A DNA stretch of 64,000 nucleotides from Balanoglossus misakiensis (GCA_040954595.2 CM082584.2:6963919-7027918), one strand, 5' to 3'; counted from the stretch's first letter, positions 37,386-51,453 are shown. A program made the numbers and translations. Notes: generated by a model from the sequence alone, not told the origin.

Positions 37386-40300
37386 TTACAGCGGGGTTAT
37401 ATCTTCGTTTTTTATTTCTATCTCGTAAAGATGATTATTGTTCGTTGGCGACAGCGTTTCCACTGGACTAGTGCAGAAATCGAGGCTGGAACGTCGTTTC
37501 TTGCTGATCGTGAACACTGGGGGCGATATTTTCAGGAGCTCGCCGCTGGAACCTCGTCTGCCCATGAGGTAGTTGTCCTTCGGGGGTGAGTAGTCGCCAT
37601 TGCCGTTGATTTTGGAGTATTTCGATTGTTCCCTCGCGCTGGCCGCCGGGTAATTGAACCACAGTCTCCGCCGGCTGCCTTCCCTTGTTAGGCTCAATCT
37701 CGAAGAAACCAAAGATTCGGAGCTGGTCAGAGCGGCCAGACTTCTCATCTCGAGCCACTTCTCGTGCAGGCTCTCGCGAGAGCTGTTTCGGGAGTTGCAA
37801 AGCGACTCCTTGCTGTTGACCAGCTCCAGATTCTCCTGGATCCACTTGAATTCCTCGATTTCATCGTTGATGGCCAGCAGCTGAAACATGAGTTTGGCGT
37901 CCATCTCCCGCAGCGCCATCTACGACAAACGAGAAAACGAAACAAAACGTGAAAGGGCTAAATTCGATTGGGGCAATTTAAATTTCACAGCGACGAGAAT
38001 AGCGACAATAATACAGCTTTATGAAAGCGTGATATGCTGGTTGGCACACTGCTACCATTTAACAGCTGAGAAATTGTTGTCACCGACTATTTGGATATAT
38101 ACGTTGATTAATTTTGATTTCTTTGTTTTGTGTGTGGACTTCGACTTGCCTGGCATACTAATGTACTCTGTGTCAATGACGAGTATATAAACATACCCAA
38201 CCGCTGGCGAATATTGGCTCTCTTTCAACTCTCTGTCCAGGGGCTTATTGGTGGCACTTGACGGCGTGAAGTGTCATTTAAGGACTCGCCTTTATGTTCG
38301 GCTTGTGTTTACCTTAACGGTACTTATTGTATTATCATATACGATTGCACGCTGCGCCAGCTACTAATCGCTTGTAAAGGACGTGACCTCAGGCTGACCC
38401 CCGATATTGTGCGCACGCATGGAAATTGTCATGAAACCCTCTATAGGACCTTTTTCATTGTATTTCACGACGGTTTCAAGCAGTATATACAACTTAAGAG
38501 TTCATAAAATACTGATTTACAGTTTTCTTGATCGGGGCGAACCTCGGCGTGGGTCCGGCCTTTGTGCTCAATGCAAACACATTCATGATTGTACTGTTCA
38601 ATTCAATGCCGTTGTTTTCAGACATGTACACACCAACCATTTTGTAATATGGTTCGTCAACCGGTAAAATAACAGGATGGTCATGTTGAAAAGATTATAT
38701 CTCACACTGCATGCTCTGTCTCTGAGAGGGATTCGTGACCTGTTGACTTTACTCGAGCACGTGTTACTTTCAAAAACTATTGTCCGTCTACTGTATTTCT
38801 GTACAACACATTATGTAGCCGAAATAAGGACACACTGACCTGAAATCTAATCAAAATAGTTTGGTCGTTCACTGCAGAGACGAACATGCTGCCATTATAT
38901 CATTTTCTGGTATAATGGATACAACGATTCGGTACATGTCATTGATGTTCTCTTTCAAAGTAACCGCTCTGAAGTTGCTCATTGGAAAACTGCGGTTATC
39001 TGAGGCGTGTCATAGCAACAGTAAGCTTCCATTCAGTAGCCACGGTTAACATCAATCTCTATAGTTGCGCCGTTCACTTCTTGTTGACAGGTGACTTGTG
39101 GTCAAGAGTTTGCTCTTATCGCCTTCTAAGATCAAGGGCCTTTTCTTGGCATTTCGATAAGATGGTATGCGATCTCGTGAGAATGAATCCCGTGAAAGCC
39201 GCCGAAAGAACTTTTATTTTCCCCTCACAATGGCGAGGAATACCAGAGCTGGTCGAAATTCATGGTTCGCCGCGCGCCTGACAGCCCCGAGTTTTGAGTA
39301 GCGAAATATTCCACAGCCCCGAAACAGTCAATTACACAACGGAATCGACACTCACCAAGGTATTTTGTCAGGTGTTTTGAGACCTCGGATGACCAAAACC
39401 CGGGTCCGCTGGCAGTGTGCGAATGTTAAAATGCATTGTTTACTTGTAAGATTACGTTATTTGTAAACCGATATCGAAAAAACACTCGCAACTCAACTTT
39501 TACTGACCTGGACAGCAGAAAGTCGTCGACACAAATTTGAATATAGACAGCCTGACTCGAAGTAATATCAGGCACACAGTAACACACTCTCCCTAGCAGC
39601 TGTTAGTGTTTGGCTTCAATTTGACAGTGAACTTTAAAATAGCGTAGGTGTTTGTTGAGTTGAGATCAAACTTCACCGGTGAATACTGTGCGTTTACGCA
39701 GGAGGAAAACATCTGGACAGAATTCTTGCCTATTATACCTTTACAGTAGGCTTGGCGTGTTATGTAAAACCACGGTCTCGGTTGTCACCTAGATTACTAT
39801 ACGCGAATGAAAATGTTCGAGCCGTGTACGCGGTGAATAGGTGACAGTTGTGTTTATACAGACATGTTACTGGAATTTCATTACAGTTAATTGCGCAACC
39901 ATAGACTCCCAAGACCTACTAGTATATTGCATGGGCAATACGGTTTTGCAAATGATCGTCATCAGCAGTCAGCTCACGCTTCGTCCTTGATGAATAGGAT
40001 TTTTTTTATAAAGTTAACATCGGTTTAAACACAGACCCCGGAGACCGTAGGGTCTATGGTTAAACCAGTACAGTATATAGGTACGGGGTTACTTTGATAT
40101 GGAGTGTTCGCAAGTGAAAGTGGCCTGTTGCCTTTCTTCGCTTTTCTTGGTGTTTTTTTCCTCGCCGTTTGTTTAATTGATGACAGAACCCTATGGATCT
40201 ACAATGAGCATTTGTTTTGTCCGGCCACTGTGTAGAGAGCGACCGTGGCCCGGCCGAAAGTTGTACCTTGTGTGGTCGCTCGTATTCCTGGACATTGTCA

Positions 40301-41160
40301 ATTTACAAATCGAATGAAAAAGCCTCGTTGAATGATTGTGAAAAATAAATCCGCGATGCACATTCCTGCAACAGCCGTGTTATTCGCCGCTAAGACGTCT
40401 CCTTTCATAGTGCCAAAGGTCCTTTAGCAAAAAAAGTAGGCAATAACGCCTCGAGCGGCCCTTGGGGACGTGGTGTATTGTACTACCTCATGGGAAAATA
40501 GTAATTATCTATGGGACATCTTTGGCCCGTCCAGAGAATACCCACCTGTAAAGCATGTGCCGCCTCTGGGCAGGCCACGGAAACATCATTCTTTTGTTGA
40601 CCCCGACTACAATGCAACGAATCCCCACAACGATTTCGGGGAGATATAACATTTGACAGACAGCAATCATGTCCGTCAGAAACGTGTTATTTTTGCAGTT
40701 TTGATAAATGACTGTCGGTTGTACAATCAAACTCACTCTGTCATGCGCGTAATAATTAACGAGCTCGGGGAACAACTCGCTGAAGATTGTTCTTACTCAC
40801 CAGTTCAGTTCTTAACTGTACCAGTTTGGTATCCATGCCCGCCGGAAACAGACCTCCCGCTTTCTCGGTCGACGGGTCCCGTTCATCGCCTCCACCGCTC
40901 GCATTGTCCCCGAAATGAAATATTTCCCCCCCGCCTGTTTGTTTAGGACACCCGCGTCTGTTGACCGACTCGCCGTGTGGGGCGTTCATCGGCGTGGTGT
41001 TGCCGCACGCCGCCGAGTGGTCTGCGTTACTCTCGTTGAGCGCCTCGAGCAGTGAGTTCGGTATACTGGCGCCTAGTTTGTCTTCCACTTCTTTCAGGAG
41101 TTCGTTCAGGTAGCCCTCGTCGGCTTCGATGTCCATCACTCGCAGGGAAAGCTTCTCCAT
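37386..41160 (-). CDS. LURAP1/FAM89-family leucine-rich adaptor-like protein; complement join(41160..40801,37919..37386), ~297 aa
   Basis: A phase-0 intron (CTG|GTGAGT...GTCGTAG|ATG) joins MDTKLVQLRTEL|MALREMDAKLMFQLLAINDEIEEFKW, which matches the LURAP-domain pattern L..LR.EM..LR..D..L..QL...N..IE...W. The C-terminus ITPL is a class I PDZ-ligand-like end. Confidence 0.8.
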
Positions 41161-42014
41161 GTTTTTTTTGCCCCTGTATTGTGCTGTCGTACAGTCAGTT
41201 CAATCCAAATTTAAGTGTCCGGATTTCCTGAGGAAAATCGTGTCTTCACCTTGTGTTGAAGACAGAGGAAGAAACGGTCAATAGCAGGCTGACCCCCGGT
41301 CACCAGTCCCATACATTTCTTAATGCCTCTGTCGCGCATGTACGTGCCACACAGTTTTCTAGAATCGACATCGGTCAGTATCGGGCTCCGTTCTGCCAAG
41401 ATGCAGATAATCAAGACGTGTGTTGAGAGATCCCGATTCAACGTCGCGTGTCGTCGCTCCACTAACGGTTGCCCTTGGAGGGTACCGGTCCGTATACTCG
41501 GTGCTTGACTCTTACTGCGAAATTGTCATCGCGGTCCCGGGCGCTTTGCTTTGCTTGTCCGCCGCCAGACTGCGTGGTCTCATTGCAAACGCTGCGATTT
41601 CAATGAAGTGCCTCCGCACAAATAAAGGCGAATCAAAAGCCGGGAGTCGTATTTCTTTTCCCCCGCTAACGTCATTTGCGTATGTATGTGATTCGGTCCC
41701 GTGGACAAAAACTCTCCCCCTTCCTCAGGGTGGTGGCTCCCAAACAATACACTTTTGTGTACCTGCTCAGGTGTTGACACTGCATAGATAATCTGCCCAT
41801 AGCCGGTTGAGCATTGCTGGCCGGCGGGGCCCTGTCTTGAGTCAGGCCGTCTCACAAAGCGTTTTTATTGAGCTATAGAAAAGGTAAAACAGCCGCGAAG
41901 ATCTTCAACGCGATCGAGCGACTCACAGCACCACCGCGTTCCTTTTTTTTGTGGCAGCGTGTAATTAAATTTTGATACTGGCCGCAGCCTTCTCTTGAAC
42001 GATGTACTAATATA

Positions 42015-42044
42015 TCCATCCATCCATCCATCCATCCATCCATC
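42015..42044. repeat. (ATCC)n microsatellite
   Basis: Direct reading. Confidence 0.85.
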
Positions 42045-43136
42045 TAGTAACCATTCAGTTTATCTGGACCATTGAATGCGCCCGGTCGTCAGTCTGTAAG
42101 TGTAAGACCCTTCAGACTCGCCCATTCTGTGCATTTGTATACCGATTTCCGTTCAACTCTGTCGTGTGTACTAATGCCTTGCAACCGTATGCGCATTTTT
42201 CAACAATGGGCTAACGTATTACAAGTATTTTACGTAAGTTAATTGGCCACTCGATAAAAGAACCCGCGGCACTAACCATAGAGATTGGGGGAAACAGAAT
42301 AGTCTGAAGGTGTAGAGTAGATGCACATTGAATCCCGGCAAAGAAAGACCAGCTCCTTCGTTTGTGATAATCAGATCCTGTCTGAACCTTTTGTCCCTAA
42401 CCCAGATGTCTGATTGAAGGATCCCAAGTATTAATCTGGTGACACAATCCATGGAAAGGCGAAAAATTCCGAACATTTGGTTGATTTTCACTTCAATATT
42501 CATGATGGCTGTGTGTATACATGTATCTATCGGAATCTTACAGCATAGCACTTGATGCAATGTGCGTGTATTTCAACACACTGAGAACTTAATTCAACAA
42601 GACTTAAAGTGTCCCATAGCTGAGATGCTTGGAGTTTCCACTACACCGTTATTACATCACCGGCATGCACTGAACTTCTCATCGTTCAGTCGTACTGGTA
42701 TCCCCTTATCAGTAACTTTCACGAAAGTCAATCCATGGTCAATCAAACATGGCACTCGCCTGTGATTTTCTAGGAAGTTTAGGATTTCAACCAAAGTATC
42801 ATTTAATACACATGGCTGATAATATTTGGAAGTCGATTGGGCACTCGACTGCATACAGTAGTCTCATTGTACGGTTGTTTTCGAGAATGTGAAGTTGTGG
42901 TTGACTGATGTTAAACAAGCAAGTGTTTACATATGATGTTGACATGCCTTTCCATTGGTTTAATACAGTACAGAATACGTTACGTCACCGTGAGCTCTTG
43001 TTGTTGGCATTTCCCCTCGGCATTGCGGTTATTTTTTCAAAACTTTCAAAGTCAATCAAACAATTTGTTTGAAGACCCTGAGAGATAGGTACCGTTGGAA
43101 CATTCGTTGTAACCTTACGTCATGTAACATCATCTT

Positions 43137-43197
43137 TGTCGTTGTCGTCGTCGTCGTCGTCTTCATCATCATCATCATCATCACCATCATCATCACC
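43137..43197. repeat. Compound (GTC)n(ATC)n microsatellite
   Basis: Direct reading. Confidence 0.8.
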
Positions 43198-46100
43198 GTA
43201 CAGTACATGTACTTAAATTGATGACTAGTTTCGAAAAAAAGTTGTCTTATCTCAAAATGACTATAACGACTTTTGTTTAAACACAGCACGGTCACTCGAC
43301 ACAGCAGGCTTGGAAACCGTTTTGATACAAAAAATCGGGCAAATTACTAGTACATGTATGTATGGTTTGGCAAAAATTCCGCAAACACTTTGCATTGTCT
43401 GTCATATTAGAATCGGCGTGTGGTCCCATCCATCGGCTCACTTTCCACGTATTAACGAAATTCCGGCCATTGAACCATTTTTTGGACCATGGCCAGAAAT
43501 TGAGTTCCGATTCTTTATGTTTGGACGGAGCGCCACACATGGACAGTGCGGACAAAAAGGGCGGACAAATGAGACGTAATACGTTCCCGAGACAGCCCTC
43601 GAGCAGAAACTCATCATTGTGGTGAAAATATTTCGGGTTGTTGTGGAATTTACGAGGCTAAACCCACTATTTGCGCAGCCAAGGAGATACTGGTATTCAG
43701 ACACTTCTCCCATGCAGACATGGTTCTCGGGCAATGTCTTCAGACGAATAGAAAATAGTGACCCGATTAACGGTAACCCCCATCGCCAGTCAAGTGCCGC
43801 GGCGGTTATCTAGTTCTTCATCATCAAAACACGGCTTTCGGAAATTCCACCAAATATTAGGGCCACGAACCCGAGGAAAGATCCGCAACGCCCTCTACGT
43901 GTTGCGTTTCCTCACGCTCTATACTCTAGATCTAATGGTCTCATCTAGGGGTGTGCAAGATCTAATGCTGGCGGTAGACGTGTATCCCTCCTTGATCTAA
44001 TAATTCTCTCTTTGGCCGAATTTCTTATTTATGCAAATGAGACTAGGGCAAGCGAGCCACAGAGGAAAATATTCCCCGCGCCATCTCTGGTTCTTGCGAT
44101 GTCTTGAGTATATCGACAACTTTTGTTTATCGAGTTGTAAAGCCAATTTCTATAGGCGTTTTGTATGCAGCTGTAGCAGATGAGTGCGAACCTACGAATG
44201 CCAATGGAGTCATTTTCTGTTGAAATACAGTGGCCAGTCCCAGTACACAAACTATACAGGTACTTATATGAAAACACAAAGTCAAGGGTCACCAACGATT
44301 CAAACACTCTCATCCTTCATCAAATCGTTTTTCCCCTTTGGAAACAGAAATACACAGGTGACCTTCAGTTCGAGTCAACAACTCTCCTTGACTGTGACTA
44401 CAACAAACTTTTATTTAACTGTTTCGCTGTTTGTTCGCTGGCGACTTGTTTATTTGTGCATTTTGAGTGTCAACGTGGTCAAACGTCACGGAATTGTTCG
44501 GTGACAACCGGAGACGATTGTTCCCGTCACGCGCCTGGCGTCTTACTCTGCTAATTGGAATACATGTATGCTTCTTTTGGTGCATAAACCCTGAAGCGGG
44601 GTGTTTACAAACACGCAGAGGCCGGCGTCGCCAAAACAACACCAAATATTGGTACTCCTCTGCGGAGAGTGACGTCATCACGAGCCGTGACATCACTCAT
44701 CAGGCATTTTGGTCGATCCATTGCCATGAGCAGTGATTTTATTCCCTACACAGTTCTGTTCTATAAAACAGAACTTTTGCAATCTGGACATTAAAATGTG
44801 GGAAGAATGCGCACTTTAGCACATACCTATTAGAAAAATATTGTATCGTTGGAGAATTCTGTCTTCTTAGTGTCGACGTTATTGCCGATAGATCACTTCA
44901 GGGTGAGAATATAAAAAACAACCCACGCATAGTCAGTCGCCTCGAGGTGTGAAGTTTAAGGGAGACACTTTATTGACTTGATTAAGAGCGTCTGCAAGAA
45001 TACTGACAAAAGATCATAAACAACACATTCTCGAGAAAGGGAAGGGGTATTTTTATACGGAATCTTTAGGGGCCACCTGTGTCACATGCCGCGACGCGTC
45101 ATTCTGGGGTCATATCCATGTCATTATCTGGGGGTGACGATGCATAAGTTTCTGCCGGTGTAAAAATGATTGTCCGAAGTCAACATGCTGGCAGTCAACT
45201 TGTATGTTGTATTTAATGTTCCATTAATATGATTAGATAGACACTGAATTGGTTTTCGTGATCCGACTCAAACTACTCTTCCTAATACTACAGTCACATC
45301 GGTGTGTGGTAATCATTTTCTCGCTGTTTCTATCAGACGACGGCTGAATGATGACGTGTATACCTCCCGTGTGACAGGACCGATTGTGCGTATAATCAAG
45401 ATGTCGCAGATGACTAAGAGGTTGAAATGGAGAACACACACGGGTCATTGATTTCGTTGATCGGTGGGAGTGTGAAGGTGCATATTACGCACCGCTGACA
45501 GGCTGGGAAATTGCAGCCCAGGGTATATGTCACCGTAAAAGATGCGACGATCGCTTCACTGCGCAAGTACACTGAAACTCAGTGACATGTTTAATGGCAA
45601 ATGGCATAGGCCCGTCTTCCTCTGCGAGAACCGGAAGTGTATAGTTATTACCCAGTTGTCCGTGCAGGAAGCGATCAAAACGAGTCGATCTGCGCACGCC
45701 CACATCCCCGACTCACTACACGAACGACGGCAACTTTGAGAACTACATGTAAGTACTGGACATTATTTAATGATATTGATCCGAGTTGAAACCTGAGTCA
45801 AAAGAAAGACGCCAATTTAACCTTTAGGGATATAACTGTGTAGCGTAAATTCACTGTGACAGTATTTCCCTCGTCGTTTTATATATCGTGAGAATTCAAC
45901 TCTCGCAAATTATTCTTAAACGAACTACTACGAATTTTTCTTTACGCATCGATAAGTTTTAGCCATGGACAAAGAAGAGACGGAACAGGATCAACATCGG
46001 TCTGCTGATGCAACGCAAGGTCAGAGACACTGCCCCGATATAAACATATGCAAACTACCATTACGTCAGGAAAACTGAACATAGTCCACTTGGTTGAAAT

Positions 46101-48427
46101 ATGTCCCGGATCTTAACGTGCGCATGTGCAGTTGTGTGTGAAGCCAATACAGAATTTCAACGTAAAATGTTGATAAAGGCTGGTGAAAACTGAACTCGTG
46201 AACCCGTGCTGGACATTATTCGAGTCGTGTAGTTGTCCGTAATGGCGACACTCGACGATAGTTCACAAAGAACAGAGCGATTAATATCTTTCCTGTTTTT
46301 AATTGAAATGCATAGATCTGCTGCAAACGACGGCGCTTTGGGAGATATAACTTCACGAATAGGACTATGCTGTCGTCTCTCCCCCGTGAATTTCACATCA
46401 TTACAGTGTACAATTAATGGACCATACAGTACTTTACGACGTCTTTGAAACTTTGTTTATAAAAAAAGAGGACATATAAAAATTACTGGCGCGAGACGTG
46501 TCAGGTATATGAGTTCCATGTGTCGTCTGCCTTCTGGAGTTGAGTGGCTCATCCATCTTCATTAAATACTCTTACCTGTAATTGCGACAAGAGAGCGGAA
46601 AGATTAGACTGTGTGACTTTTTTGTTGGGTTATACTTTTGCCGGGTCGACAATTGTACATAAACCAGGGCATTCCGTAACCCTTGCGTGCTTATAGGGAG
46701 CCTATGTTCTGTGCGAAGATAATGACATGGCGGATCGGAACCCGAACGACAATCCCACAATCCCAAGAGGTGTCCCGGATGAAGACACGACAATTGAATA
46801 GGTTTTACTGTAAGCAGATTAACTTCTGTGTATCTAGCTGCCACTGCTCTGTTTGGGGTTTTACTGCTACAATCCGATCAGTCTGAATAGAAAAAGACAA
46901 CTCTCGTTGACATTGTCAAGTTTTAAGTACTAAAGATTTGGTTTCTTGACAAAACACAAACTACTAGTACTTATAACCTTTCTCACGAGCAGTCATTTGG
47001 CGTGATCTCGTCTCACAACAACGTGCACAACACAGAACGGCCGAGACCCTGCGAGATTACGCGTGGCTAGGGACTTTATATATGTGCGAAACTTACCGGT
47101 GGTGCTATAATGTGTGTTACGGTAACTTTGCGCGGCTAAACAGCACTGATTTCCCTGTCAGAAAAAGAATCCGATTTCAAATGCATTTTCCTATCGCGAG
47201 AGAAAACGCGCTCAATTAACTATTTTGTTCACACAAATCTATATTTATACGTCGGGTGAGTAGTTTCTCGGCTATGTGCATTCGACTAATAACAGAGCTA
47301 TTTTTGAAGCACAATTTCCTGATTTAACTTGGCGGTAAGATTGACATTCTCTTTTCAATTCACACCCCTTCATTCAGCTAACCATGCGCGACTTTAGAAT
47401 TAAATGTTGTATATATTATCGCAAAAATAATTATAGGGCACGTGTGTCCTCTTGATGTACACATCCTTTTTATGGAGTAGAAATTCCTCTTAGAGGATTT
47501 CTCTTTGTTTATCACAGACCGACTATATATTGATATCGAATTATTAATTTGTTCAGTGTCACGTGTTCAATCGAAAATCTGCATGCAGATCTCAAAGGGA
47601 ATTCTATCTGTTTCATTCTTCGTGACCGACCCATCTTTTTTTACTTGTCAAACGATCATGATGGGAAATATAATCGAATATAATACTGAGCCCCTTTATA
47701 CCAGTAAAGTTTTAGCAGTCGACGGTGCGACAAGTTCATTCTCGTCCTCTAGATGTTTTTACGGCTTTGAATGGTTGATGGGTGGGTGGGTGGTGGGTTA
47801 ATTGCTTCGATTTATGAGATTAAGGAATTGAAGAGAGGTACACATAAAATCAAGCTCTCATACTTCCGTGAATCAAGAATGGAGTGGGCGTTAGCATGGA
47901 AATCTTCAAAATGAGCAATTAGATTTCGCTCAATAAGGTGATAATAATATCATAAAAATCGGGTGTTTTTGGCACGACAAGCTTCGCCAATCATTTATAT
48001 GGCATTTATATGACCGGTTTTCTATATACTCATCGTTCGACCAATTTCCTTTTCTAATAAAATTGTAATGACTATAAGAAGTACATTTATTGCATCACAA
48101 GCTTATCGAAATGGATTTGTACGAATGTATTTTTTTTGTATTGATCTTTTTCCGATATACTGGTACTACCCTTAGTGTGATTTTGGTGTACAAAGAATTG
48201 AGAGGAAGTCTGGCCAACCCCCTCCTGAACGAAGGCATTACGTTTTAACATGTACAGGCCTATCAAATGATATATAGTTTAAGGCGCGTATACGTACCAT
48301 TTTTGCTATTTCTGTCAGTACGTCTCTTTACTGCACCAAACGCAATAATAATTCCCGAGTACAACTGCAAATCGCGATGGTCTCAACGAATAAATAATCG
48401 ACAGTTCTCACCTGATCCGTTATAGGC

Positions 48428-49011
48428 CTAACCCCTGTTGTATTTGACAAGAAGGTCGTGCAGGTTTTTGAATGCTCCAGAATTTCGACAGTAATACTGG
48501 ATGCATTCCAGGCCTTCGTCGCAATCGTCGTCGCTCGTGCACACTATCATGTGCTGTATTCTGGGTTCTTCGCAGTGGAAACCCTGGCACATGTAGTTAC
48601 GCGGGCAGTCCCTGTCGTTTCGGCACCAAGCGCGCTGGTACTGCAACAACAAAGTGAAAATCCTCGCCAATATGAATTCAGTTAACCCAAAAGTGTAAAA
48701 AAAATTGCAGGGTGACTTGCAAGCCACTTTGTCACGTGAGTGAGAGCCATACCGCGGCCGCAGACAGGACTACTGCCTTGATTCAAATATTCAAACTTTG
48801 CAAGTAACAAGTATTCGACTCTAGGAGGAAATCTGTGATATAAAAAGTGTTTGAAGGATTGTTGGAAAAGATAAAATAAATTACGCTAAAAAATAAGAAA
48901 CTTCTTTTTCTGGAAATGTGGTGAAATGTGACTTACATAGGGGTAACTTTGCACAGCGTTTAGCAGAAGCAGTAGCGTCGCAAGTGTCACTGCAAACTTG
49001 GCCGTCTCCAT
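48428..49011 (-). CDS. Small secreted Cys-rich peptide precursor A; complement join(49011..48937,48640..48428), 95 aa
   Basis: Exon 1 METAKFAVTLATLLLLLNAVQSYPY is a signal peptide ending at TAT|GTAAGT. Acceptor TTGTTGCAG| leads into YQRAWCRNDRDCPRNYMCQGFHCEEPRIQHMIVCTSDDDCDEGLECIQYYCRNSGAFKNLHDLLVKYNRG*. Both splice sites are phase 0. Confidence 0.85.
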
Positions 49012-49127
49012 CTCTCAGTCTGCTGTTTGGTTTTCTTTCGTTCTCAAGCGAGCTGGTAATTCTCTCCAAACGTTCGGCGCGATGCTCGAGGTGTTAACAG
49101 GATCGAGTAAAACATAACGGCTGCTGG

Positions 49128-49161
49128 TTTATATACTTATTGAGATGTCAACATGACGTCA
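49128..49161 (-). promoter_or_regulatory. Putative core promoter of peptide gene A: TATATAAA plus a perfect CRE (TGACGTCA)
   Basis: TATATAAA at 49135..49128 (minus strand), ~120 bp before the ATG. Palindromic TGACGTCA at 49154..49161, ~20 bp upstream of it. Confidence 0.55.
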
Positions 49162-49569
49162 TCATAATCGAGGAAACAGCAAAATGGCGCGGTAATTACA
49201 TTTTAATTCGAAGGCGCAGGGTTGACAGCGGATAGGTCGTTGACAATATAAAGCGAGATTAACGATTATTAAAACGCGCGCGGGGGAATATTTGAACAAA
49301 CTGAATGGCACGACAAGTTCTGGGCGGAAACGGGGGGGCTGTAGTTTCTTTGAATGATTTCTTTCGTTCTGTTTTGACGATGCCAATGGAGGACGACTAG
49401 AAGTGATTAGGGAGTTTTCAGTTATTACAGAGGGAGGGGGCAGAGAACTTTGGGGGAGGGTCATTTTTTTATAAACACGTTGTTTGGAGGTTTTTTTTGT
49501 GACGCAATCAGAGTATGAAAATATGTACTTCAAAGTAACAGTTTGAGTTTAGGGTAATCGTTCAATGCC

Positions 49570-50150
49570 TGTAAGACACACGTCACCACCACCTGGTGTG
49601 AAGCCTGACCAATCGTGAAGTATATATCTTCGTGTCAGCCAATTAACAATTGGAACACGCTTACAACTGAGTTTAGGGACTGCCATTGGTTGAGAGTGAC
49701 CACGTAGTGCATAGATAAGATCACCAGGTGCTTTAGCACGTTTGAACTCGCCACTTCATTCGTGTCACCCCTTTCACGGTGAAAACATCGTTTCTGAAAA
49801 CGACGGTGCATTGGATACCCAAAACGACTCGGAGTTGAGGAGAGAAGCAGCTCAGAAAGACGTGACGAGGCTAACGAGGATGACTGGTTGTTCCGGGGTT
49901 TTTGGAAAACTTCTGGGGAGGAAATTCGCCGGCGAAAAACAACTGCCATTCCGATCCATCATGTAACAGGTGAGCATTCGCACCATTCTCTTGTGTCTTG
50001 ATAAAATGGCGTGATTACAGTCTAACTATACCCAGAACAAGCTGGCATCACTGAGCATTGATGACACAATGTAAAGTATATGGACAGCATAATTAATTAC
50101 ATTATCTTGTTCTGGGAAATATTAAATTGCAATTGTGCCATGTTATATTA
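49570..50150 (+). repeat. Diverged dispersed repeat, copy 1 (copy 2 at ~56400-56945)
   Basis: Collinear shared blocks: acacgtca..acctggtg, gtcagccaat, aacaggtgagcat, cccagaacaag.tggc.tc.ctg..cattgatgacac, ttgttctgg.gaatattaaattg. Confidence 0.7.
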
Positions 50151-51415
50151 TTTGTTTGTTTTCTTTGCAAACAAGTATGGGGGGGGGCAATTTAAATAAA
50201 AATGGCAGGAGGGCCTTATTGTACGTGATCGATATACCCAAAATTCCCCCTCCCCACAATGATCATTGAACTCTCCCTTAATACCAAGAGCTCTATACTA
50301 CTCTAAAGCTTGGGTGAAAAGTCGCATTTCAAGGAAAGGGAGTTTTGCACCACAAAATTTAACTTATTCAGCAATTTTTATCGGCTATGATTAAGCCTTT
50401 ATACCCAAGAAATGATAGCACAATTGTACGTTATTCTACAGTCTAAATCGTCAACTTGCCACGCCCTCTATAGAAAAGATGAGAATGTTCCCAAAGATAC
50501 ACGGTGAAGATGAAAGATGTTAAGCATTGTTACCTCGAACCGGAAGTACGCGTGCGCACGATTTGTCGCTGAGAAGTCGCAGTATATATTTCCTTGAGAT
50601 TAATACTTGTGTCGGAGGAAACGGGCAACTGGCTTGTAATTCCCGACGCGTTATCCTGCGGAATGATTTCTGACAGCACATGCAGTTCAGGGGATTAATT
50701 TAATGAAACCATGGCGATATGCGCGGGGGAATCACAGGAACTAGTTCAATCAGTGTCAAAATGAAGGTCAACATCGATCTCTGTGGCACGCAGAGCAAGA
50801 CTGAGGAAATGACCGTCCTCTTTGGACCATGACGGTAATGGAGCTTCGTTTGATTTCACACATCGATTTTGACGTGTGATGCATTGTATATGGTGGCCAA
50901 GAATTACAAAAGAAAACCAAGAACGATATGAAGTGGAAAGCGTGTTACTTTATTTTTTACCTGCAAATTACATTTTACTTTTTTTTATTCGTTAATTTCC
51001 ATGCGTACAATACTGGTGCAGACAGGACAAAAAACACGTCACACGAATCTGCGGAAATACCTAAAACCCACGAGACTCGATTCAGCTTAATTCAATGCAG
51101 AGAAAGCCGATTGCTTTTTAGCTTTCGGTTGACAAATATTGGGTGGGCGTCATTTTCAAGAAGTTTCTACAATGATTGCTTTTTTGTTGAGGATGTGAAT
51201 GCTCGCACAAGCTTGTAATCTCCGGCAAAAAGACAGCGACATTAATAGTCTCTCAGAAGCCGTTGAAGCCAGGCAGCATGACGTCATCGGAGATTTAGAA
51301 AGACGACTCTTCTCGGTGCTAGCGGGCCAACGATCTTCCGGCCATTCACACCCAGATTGCGTTGACGTCACAAATCGTATCCTGGAAAATCTTCAGAAAT
51401 CGTGCTACTCAAAAA

Positions 51416-51416
<1 letters not shown>

Positions 51417-51453
<37 letters not shown>
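51417..51453. repeat. (TGTC)n microsatellite
   Basis: Direct reading. Confidence 0.85.

Noticed and set aside
48881-49069. ORF MERITSSLE...CSDTC...CAKLPLC as a third Cys-rich peptide
   Set aside because: It is an alternate frame of the signal-peptide exon of precursor A.
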